A stretch of 64,000 nucleotides of DNA, taken from Bacteroidia bacterium (GTDB lineage Bacteria; Bacteroidota; Bacteroidia; NS11-12g; UBA9320). The DNA lies in NCBI GenBank assembly GCA_965216465.1, contig CBDCFW010000006.1:1056001-1120000 (forward strand), in the 5' to 3' direction. The notes under the pieces are model-generated. The model saw only the letters and a program-made list of their open reading frames with translations, searched no databases and had not been told where the DNA came from. A program made the position numbers and the translations under genes. Position 1 is the stretch's first letter. Each line of letters begins with the position of its first letter. Below are positions 57,349 through 64,000 of this stretch, piece by piece.

Positions 57349-57896
57349 GGGCCTTTTTAATAAAAGTGTTTGTTATAACCGTTCTATTTAGTTCCTGCTC
57401 GACTTCCTTCAGGAGCAAGAGTTCTGACTATCAAAATATTACAAAAACCAATGTGGTGCAGATGCCAAAGTATGCAGAATACACTGTTGGAAATAAGGTA
57501 GTTGGGTCATATAAAACTGAGTTTGCTAAGAAAGAACGATTAAGCATTGTTAAAACTGCAAAAGATTTTGCCTTGGCCAACGCTATTGAATCGGCAGGCT
57601 GTGATTTTTTAGTACACCCCTTGTATGATGTTACCATTATTGGTAGATTCATAGAAGTTCAGGTTGAAGGCTATTCTGCGAACTATGTTGAGTTTAGAGA
57701 TGTGGAGCTAAAAGACACCATTTTCTCAGAAGTCAATAATGTGGTTCTTCAATCGGATCAGGGAACCGTAACAGGCAAAAGAGATAAGTTGACCCCAAAG
57801 CAAATGAAGAGAAGAAAAGTTCTTAAAATTTTAGGAATCACCTATTTAACTGGGGCGGTTGTTGCAGGTGTTATACGATTAACTGCAAGTCCATAG
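57345..57896 (+). CDS. Hypothetical lipoprotein (tandem paralog 2)
   Basis: Lipobox FSSC; same motifs; extra basic plus hydrophobic C-terminal tail. Confidence 0.7.
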   Translation: MRAFLIKVFVITVLFSSCSTSFRSKSSDYQNITKTNVVQMPKYAEYTVGNKVVGSYKTEFAKKERLSIVKTAKDFALANAIESAGCDFLVHPLYDVTIIGRFIEVQVEGYSANYVEFRDVELKDTIFSEVNNVVLQSDQGTVTGKRDKLTPKQMKRRKVLKILGITYLTGAVVAGVIRLTASP

Positions 57897-57981
57897 AGGT
57901 TTTCTTTGTGCAGTTTAAACTATGCCAGCAGAATTTTAACCCAAGTAGAGACTAATAGATTTAATTATATTTGAGAAGAAC

Positions 57982-58875
57982 ATGTCTACAGAGATTCATA
58001 ATTACAAACTTGATAAGCGTCTTGATTTACGCACCGAGGTTTTAATTGAACGTTTAATTTTTCATTCTGAGACATCATACCTTGAAGCTGTTGAGCAGGT
58101 AAAGTTTAATCACCTTGGAGTTAAGAAGCGTGCGTTTAGGACCGAGATTGAAGCAATTAAGTACAATCACGATGATGAAGAGCTATTGGTTGGAATTAAC
58201 CGAACCAGTATATATGATCAACTTCCTGAGGTGCTGTTTCATTCTCCAAAGGTCAAGAATGATCACAACTTGAATTCGATCAAAGAAGAGTTTCAAAAAC
58301 TTAAACGCGAGGAGAAACAAGCGCGTTTGTTCTTTAGTCCATTTGATAACGAGCTTACTTTTGCATTAACTTATAATCAATTAGTTGCTCAGCAAAACGA
58401 GTCATTAGAGTTGATGAAGAAAATATGGAGTCTTCCAAATCATTTCAGTCAATCTCAAAAGCAAGCGTTTTGGAAATTCATGCCATACTTGAGGTACATT
58501 CGAGGGAACGAAGCGAATATTGAAGAGTACCTCAGCTGCACGCTTGGAGCAGCTGTGACACTCTCTTTCAGTGACAGAAAAATGGGCGATGCTACTAAAA
58601 ATACAGAACCAACATTGGGCGGAGATTTTACTCTACTGGGTCCGTTAACAGCTCCTGGAAAACAAGTAAATGTTAAGTTTATGCAACCTGATAATTGGGT
58701 AGTAACAAGCATGTATAAGTCATCTGACCTCATGAAAACTTTGGAATACTTAGTTGATCTTGTGCTTCCAGCTGACCTCTTTTTGAATGTTCTGTGTGAT
58801 GAACCGGCACAAAAATTACAAGAAATTGGCGTTGACGAAAATGCTGGTATATTAGGATTTTCCCTTTATATTTGA
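57982..58875 (+). CDS. tssG: T6SSiii baseplate subunit TssG-like
   Basis: DLRTEV, NRTSIYDQLPE.LFH, EEKQAR.FF.PFDNE motifs typical of Bacteroidota TssG. Confidence 0.8.
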   Translation: MSTEIHNYKLDKRLDLRTEVLIERLIFHSETSYLEAVEQVKFNHLGVKKRAFRTEIEAIKYNHDDEELLVGINRTSIYDQLPEVLFHSPKVKNDHNLNSIKEEFQKLKREEKQARLFFSPFDNELTFALTYNQLVAQQNESLELMKKIWSLPNHFSQSQKQAFWKFMPYLRYIRGNEANIEEYLSCTLGAAVTLSFSDRKMGDATKNTEPTLGGDFTLLGPLTAPGKQVNVKFMQPDNWVVTSMYKSSDLMKTLEYLVDLVLPADLFLNVLCDEPAQKLQEIGVDENAGILGFSLYI

Positions 58876-58897
58876 CTACTTACCTATTAATTTATTC

Positions 58898-59737
58898 ATG
58901 AATATTGCTCTAATAATTACTGTATCTATTCTCTTAATAGCCTCTGTAGTTGTTTTTCTCACAGGAGAAGCAAACAATTTCTCTGTAAAAAGATTCAAAT
59001 ATCTTATAATGGCCTTGTTGTTGGGTCTTGGTTTCAGTCTGTTTTGGTTAATTCCAAGTTTCACTGATATCTCCGTTTCACTTACTTATCGTATTATTCA
59101 AGTTTTGGTGCTAATCTTTGGAATTTGGGCAGTTAAGTTTGGCTTTAGGTCACGCTTCGAGAATTTCCAAAGACTGACCTTGTCTACCCTATCTATCGCG
59201 GGAATTGCAATTAGCTCTGCCTGGCTTTTTGGAGCAGTCTTTATGCAAGTGTTCACAGATTTGGATCTTTCATTTTTTGCAGGTACGAGTTATGTGGTTG
59301 GATTTTTCCCTGTGCTGTTCGTGCTTGGTTTTGAAAATCAATTAGAAATTCCTGAACCCTATTTCAAATTCTTCGAATGGCCCGATGGCACAAATCCGAT
59401 TGACCGAGATTATGTTGACATGGATAACGTTGCCATTATTTCGATAGAATACACTTATAGTGAGGAAGATAGAGAATATACTGAAGTGCAATTCAAAGCA
59501 CCATTCGATTACCTATTAAAAGATTACTTCTATGATTTTGTTATCGAAATGAACGATAATGATCATGAAATAGCATATACCGACAGTGAAGGAGATTTTT
59601 ATAAGTGGCTCTTTTACGTTAAACCACGAAAATTTTGGGAGTCTAAACGATTTTTAGATCCTGATAAAAGTTTGATAGATAATAACATACAAGAATATTG
59701 TACAATCGTTTTTGAACGATTCAAAGAAGAAATATGA
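58898..59737 (+). CDS. tssN: T6SSiii membrane complex protein TssN-like
   Basis: About five N-terminal TM helices, IPEP, KAP, W.FY.KP..W...R.LDPD...N.I.E. Confidence 0.82.
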   Translation: MNIALIITVSILLIASVVVFLTGEANNFSVKRFKYLIMALLLGLGFSLFWLIPSFTDISVSLTYRIIQVLVLIFGIWAVKFGFRSRFENFQRLTLSTLSIAGIAISSAWLFGAVFMQVFTDLDLSFFAGTSYVVGFFPVLFVLGFENQLEIPEPYFKFFEWPDGTNPIDRDYVDMDNVAIISIEYTYSEEDREYTEVQFKAPFDYLLKDYFYDFVIEMNDNDHEIAYTDSEGDFYKWLFYVKPRKFWESKRFLDPDKSLIDNNIQEYCTIVFERFKEEI

Positions 59738-60864
59738 CAGATAATTTTGAATTTGTAAACTGGAGTGATGGAATGAAAATTAGTTCCAAGCACTTTAAAG
59801 ACTTGGAGAATGTGTTGATGAACAACGTAGTTGCTCATAGTCGAGTATCTACGAATTTTTATTCTTACGGTTTGCTTCAACCTCAAGGTGAATACAACAA
59901 CAGTTTGTCTTTTAACCTCAAACAGCATAGCCAAGATCATGTTACAATTAGTTTAGACCATTGTTTTGGAATCACCCCTGGTGGATTAGTGTTATATATC
60001 GATCACCAATTGGGTTCTACCTTGTATCAAGATAAAAAGGTACACATCCAACAAGCAGCCAACGAAAGTAGTTATTACTTAGTCCTGGGTGTGAGCATGA
60101 TGAAGCGAACTCCATCTGGTGCTATTGATAACGATGAAAAACCGATTCGTCATCAAAATGCATATTTTGAAGTAAACTTTTCACTAATTTCTGAATCAGA
60201 ATTAGATGCATCGAGCCAGTTTGACAATTATCTGGTTTTGCAGAAGTACCAGCTTGAAGGCGAGAATTTTGTTGCAGAAGATGATTATGTAGTTCCAGCG
60301 GCCTCTATACAGAGTACTGAAACTATGAGATTGTATTATAACGATACACTCGAGTTTTTTGGTGACCTTGACCGCTTTGCCATTGAAATTGTTAAAAAAT
60401 CGAGTGAGCGATCATCTTCGTTAGCCAGTAACATTGGCGAATTGGCCATGGAAGTAGCAAAACACCTTTCAACCTTAAACTTCGGGTTAAATAATATTAT
60501 ATACGAGAAACCGCCAATTTACTTGATGCAGTATTATGCAGATCTTGCTTCCCGGTTTAGATTGTTTTTCAAATTAATTGAACCAAGCGAGAAAGAAGAG
60601 CTGCTCAACTATTTTGAAGAATGGACGCAAATTAACCCCGGTCAATTCCAAGATGCTATTAAAGGCGTGTTAGGAATGCAGTACCAACATATTAACCTAG
60701 GACTTGCAATGAAGGATACTCGACGCTTTAGAGATGTAATCTATCAAGTGTTCGAAGAACTAAGCAAGCTCGACTTTATCGGCAAGCGTAAGCAAGATCT
60801 AGGTATAGTTTACGAGAAAAAGAAAAACCAAAAAGGAATATTTAGCCCAATTAAAAGGAAATGA
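59734..60864 (+). CDS. tssK: T6SSiii baseplate subunit TssK-like
   Basis: VNWSDGMKI...HF, YGLL, C.GITPGG, PPIY, L.KLDFIGKRK. Confidence 0.8.
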   Translation: MTDNFEFVNWSDGMKISSKHFKDLENVLMNNVVAHSRVSTNFYSYGLLQPQGEYNNSLSFNLKQHSQDHVTISLDHCFGITPGGLVLYIDHQLGSTLYQDKKVHIQQAANESSYYLVLGVSMMKRTPSGAIDNDEKPIRHQNAYFEVNFSLISESELDASSQFDNYLVLQKYQLEGENFVAEDDYVVPAASIQSTETMRLYYNDTLEFFGDLDRFAIEIVKKSSERSSSLASNIGELAMEVAKHLSTLNFGLNNIIYEKPPIYLMQYYADLASRFRLFFKLIEPSEKEELLNYFEEWTQINPGQFQDAIKGVLGMQYQHINLGLAMKDTRRFRDVIYQVFEELSKLDFIGKRKQDLGIVYEKKKNQKGIFSPIKRK

Positions 60865-61337
60865 AACCATTAAACGAAAAAGAAATAAACTCGACATTTT
60901 TTAAGACCTTAGTGTTTTATCTTATTGCAGCCTTGGTACTTATTGTTTCAGCATTTCTTGGTATTCAGATTAGTAATGTTGAAGATAGTACATACAAGGA
61001 GTATTACGATAGCAATCAGCATATAAAATCAAATAACGAAACGCAGATTTCAGAGTACAATTCAATCAGTGATGACCTAGCACGATTGCGATTGTCGGCA
61101 GATGCGTTTGAGCGCAAAGAGCTTGAAGCTGATTTAACGGATCGAATCGCAGAACAAAGAAGAGGACTGGACTCTACACGTCATTTAGAATCTCTATTGC
61201 TTAAGAATTTCCTTGCAGGAGTGACCTTTATTGAAGAATTAGACAAGGCGGAAGAAGAGTACAACGAATTGAAAAAGAAAAATGCCGAATTAACGCGGAA
61301 ATACAACGACTGTAAAGACAGTGACCCATGGGAGTAA
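60861..61337 (+). CDS. tssO: T6SSiii TssO-like protein
   Basis: MKPLN..E....F N-terminus, single TM helix, coiled coil ending near a Cys; position after tssK. Confidence 0.6.
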   Translation: MKPLNEKEINSTFFKTLVFYLIAALVLIVSAFLGIQISNVEDSTYKEYYDSNQHIKSNNETQISEYNSISDDLARLRLSADAFERKELEADLTDRIAEQRRGLDSTRHLESLLLKNFLAGVTFIEELDKAEEEYNELKKKNAELTRKYNDCKDSDPWE

Positions 61338-61358
61338 TGTGACCTAATATTTAACAAA

Positions 61359-64000
61359 ATGAAAAACCTAACTAGCCTTATTATTTGCTTGTTGTTTGCC
61401 TCAACAGGGTTCGCACAGGTGCTTGAAACTATCAAGTATGATGATGGAATTGCCCAAACCGCAACTCTTGAAAATATTCAGAATCTTGAACTAATGTACA
61501 GGCACATAGATACAAATAACACTTTAGCTCCTGTTGCTTACAATTTTTATTTTGAAGATAATACCAATCCCACTCCAGATGAATACGAAAGAACCGGCTC
61601 AGTGCCGAGTACAATGTCCACAGATAATGTTTACATAGATGGAGTGAAGGTGAGATCTGGTGGGTTAGGTAAGTTTGAGTTTTCGTTTGCTGCAGGAAAT
61701 TTTGCAACCATTAACATAACACCCAATAGGTTGACGACTGGTAGATTCGACATTAATGTAATGCAATATGATTTTTCTCGCAAGGGAATTACTATACAAA
61801 GTGCAGGGTTGGCTTGTGACACCTTTAAACTTGTAATTGCCGATAGTTCTTTCGACGCAGATGAGAACATCTTTGTTCAATACATATATGATGGTTCAGA
61901 GTATGTTGAAGAGTTAACAAGTTCAAATAATTACACGGCAAAGGTGCCTAGAGACTTAAATGCAAGCAGTAATAAGATTAGCTATTTTGTTTTTAGCTCA
62001 ACGCTTAGTCATAGTGATTTAACTATAACGGGCAATGTTGCCGAATATGATACCTTAGAAGTTCGTTTGGCTGCAATTAATTTCCCAAGTTTTCATTATC
62101 AGCATTTTGATTTTCCTACATTGTCTAATGCTTACAGTTTCATAAACGACGAAGAGCATTGCAACACCAGTACCGATGCAATTGAGCTATCGTGCTCATC
62201 TTGGCCTGATTCAACGTATCTCGAAATAACGAATACGACCAGTGGTTCCTCAACTACCTATCAAAAACAAGAAACGAATGGGCTTTCTGGTAATGCTACC
62301 TTTAACCTTCCTATAGTTCAAAATGACGATAATACTTTCACCTTAACAGTTAAAGACAGCGGGTTTTGTAACACTATTTATTCTGAAGATGTAGTAAAGA
62401 ATGAAGGGAATATTCCGGTTCCCAACAACACCTTTACCAGCGACGATGAATTGTGTTTTGATCATGGAACTGGGTCTAACATTTCGCTGGTTATGAATAC
62501 AAACTTATCCGGAGCAGACTCTATTTATCAGCTTTACGGATATTCAGCAGGAACGAATCTACCTACAACCTTCGCGGATACAAAGGTGAACACTAACTTA
62601 AATGTCAATGAGACATATACCAACTCGACTACATCTATCCATTATTTATATATCGAAACACGAGCTAAAGAAGGAACTTGTTGGTCTACAACCAGTGACT
62701 TTGACACCGTAATCTTTTATCCAGCCTTGCAACAACCAGTTATAACTTTTGCTGATTCGGCATTTTGTAGCGGAACTCAATATGTTGTTGGAATGAAAGA
62801 CATGTCGAGTTTGTCGTCTTTCATAACTGACTTTGAATTGATTGAAGACCCAAATAAAACAACCAATCCGAGTCATAGCATTACAGCAAAGGCTCCTCAT
62901 ATCGATTCATTCAATGTTACCATAACTTCTTCGAACAACAACATTCAGAATGTTCATTTGCAAGGAAAGAGTATTGGTTTCAATAATTGTGAATCTGAAC
63001 CGGTTCAAGTCACGTATAAAGCCACACGCTACCCAACAGTGAGTTCAGACGTAAATCAGTCACTTGCACTCTGCAACGGTTCTGCTTTGAACATTGAACT
63101 CGATGCATTGAACAATTCACAGTTTCGTTCTTATTTCACACAGCCCAGCAGTGGTACCATAGGAGGACTTCCAGGAGGTGAAGTCACTGGAGCAGATCTC
63201 AATATCAGTTCGGTTACCAATAACAGCAATTCCAATTCACGAATCTTTGGAATCAAATCTGTAGCTCAACGCTTAGGTTGTTTGTCTGATACATTCGAAC
63301 ATACCGTAAAGGTTATGCCACAGTCGATAAATGTTTCGATTTCTGCAACAAAAGATCCTGTTTGCTCGAACGAAGAACTTCAATTTACTGCATCAAGCTT
63401 TTTAGACAATTCGAATAATCCCAATTTAGATATTGAGCTAGATGGACAGCCTACTGATCCTTCAGGGGAATTGAGTAGAAATGGTTCACAGTCTGCTTTT
63501 ACAGGAACAACGTTTAAAGATCGACTTGTAAATCCGTCTCAGGCTACCCAAACTGCAACCTATAAGTTCACTGTAACCTACGATTCAGCAGGATTAACGT
63601 GCAACTATGCCGACGAACAAGTTTCGATAGGTGTTCGACCTAGAATTGAAAGACCACAAATCACTTTTGCTGATTCAGCCTTGTGCAGTGGACAAAATCA
63701 CATTATCACACTTCAAGATACTTCAGGGTTTGCTATTCCAAATATGACTTTTGAGAATGTTAACTCTTCAGTGGTGAACGGACCTCTAACAATTACACAT
63801 ATTGAAGAAACTTCACCGCCGTCGACCAGCATGTGGAATGCACAAGTTTCAGTACCGAGCACAAATAAAGCAGTAGGTCGAATTCGTGTTGTGTTTAGAA
63901 CGGTAGGCTTTGATAATTGTAGATCGAGCAATACACCAATAGAGATTAGTGCCACCAAAATTCCAAGTATCAATACAGACTTAACTTCTGACACGGTTTG
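61359..64000 (+). CDS. Large secreted protein with PKD/Ig-like repeats, truncated by the window end (absent from the ORF track)
   Basis: Signal peptide MKNLTSLIICLLFASTGFAQ; same frame open in every segment translated, including the window end; P.ITFADSA.CSG unit at 62736 and 63654. Confidence 0.8.
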   Translation, partial: MKNLTSLIICLLFASTGFAQVLETIKYDDGIAQTATLENIQNLELMYRHIDTNNTLAPVAYNFYFEDNTNPTPDEYERTGSVPSTMSTDNVYIDGVKVRSGGLGKFEFSFAAGNFATINITPNRLTTGRFDINVMQYDFSRKGITIQSAGLACDTFKLVIADSSFDADENIFVQYIYDGSEYVEELTSSNNYTAKVPRDLNASSNKISYFVFSSTLSHSDLTITGNVAEYDTLEVRLAAINFPSFHYQHFDFPTLSNAYSFINDEEHCNTSTDAIELSCSSWPDSTYLEITNTTSGSSTTYQKQETNGLSGNATFNLPIVQNDDNTFTLTVKDSGFCNTIYSEDVVKNEGNIPVPNNTFTSDDELCFDHGTGSNISLVMNTNLSGADSIYQLYGYSAGTNLPTTFADTKVNTNLNVNETYTNSTTSIHYLYIETRAKEGTCWSTTSDFDTVIFYPALQQPVITFADSAFCSGTQYVVGMKDMSSLSSFITDFELIEDPNKTTNPSHSITAKAPHIDSFNVTITSSNNNIQNVHLQGKSIGFNNCESEPVQVTYKATRYPTVSSDVNQSLALCNGSALNIELDALNNSQFRSYFTQPSSGTIGGLPGGEVTGADLNISSVTNNSNSNSRIFGIKSVAQRLGCLSDTFEHTVKVMPQSINVSISATKDPVCSNEELQFTASSFLDNSNNPNLDIELDGQPTDPSGELSRNGSQSAFTGTTFKDRLVNPSQATQTATYKFTVTYDSAGLTCNYADEQVSIGVRPRIERPQITFADSALCSGQNHIITLQDTSGFAIPNMTFENVNSSVVNGPLTITHIEETSPPSTSMWNAQVSVPSTNKAVGRIRVVFRTVGFDNCRSSNTPIEISATKIPSINTDLTSDTV

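Noticed and set aside
355-63994. Numerous short ORFs in the track overlapping longer genes (e.g. 16109-16573, 37702-38040, 59614-59940, 63713-63994)
   Set aside because: Antisense or off-frame shadows of well-supported genes, with no recognisable motifs
1-64000. CRISPR array, tRNA, rRNA, IS element
   Set aside because: No regularly spaced repeats, cloverleaf, rRNA-like segment or transposase ORF seen by eye; dedicated tools were not run

Overview
AT-rich chromosomal window from a free-living Bacteroidota. The assignment rests on gldH, T9SS C-terminal domains, many TAnnTTTG -7 promoter elements and Bacteroidota-type T6SSiii genes. The left third is mostly housekeeping and peptidase genes (lpdA, gldH, rsgA, metF, rpmH-rnpA-yidD, ppk2, pepP). 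I found no rRNA, tRNA, CRISPR array or transposase. Most notable: (1) an operon of three signal-peptide proteins, a C14 caspase-like protease plus two trypsin-like/ankyrin proteases whose predicted activation sites (SR|G) match [ST]RG motifs repeated in the caspase, suggesting an exported proteolytic cascade; (2) a frameshifted NYN nuclease gene with a divergent candidate small RNA (promoter, two hairpins, U-tract); (3) a partial T6SSiii cluster (tssG-tssN-tssK-tssO) followed by a large secreted repeat protein cut off by the window edge; (4) an emfourin-like lipoprotein coupled to an M4 protease; (5) candidate GacA-like and FNR-like operators and widespread apparently leaderless transcripts. 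All calls come from reading motifs by eye; no database search was run.
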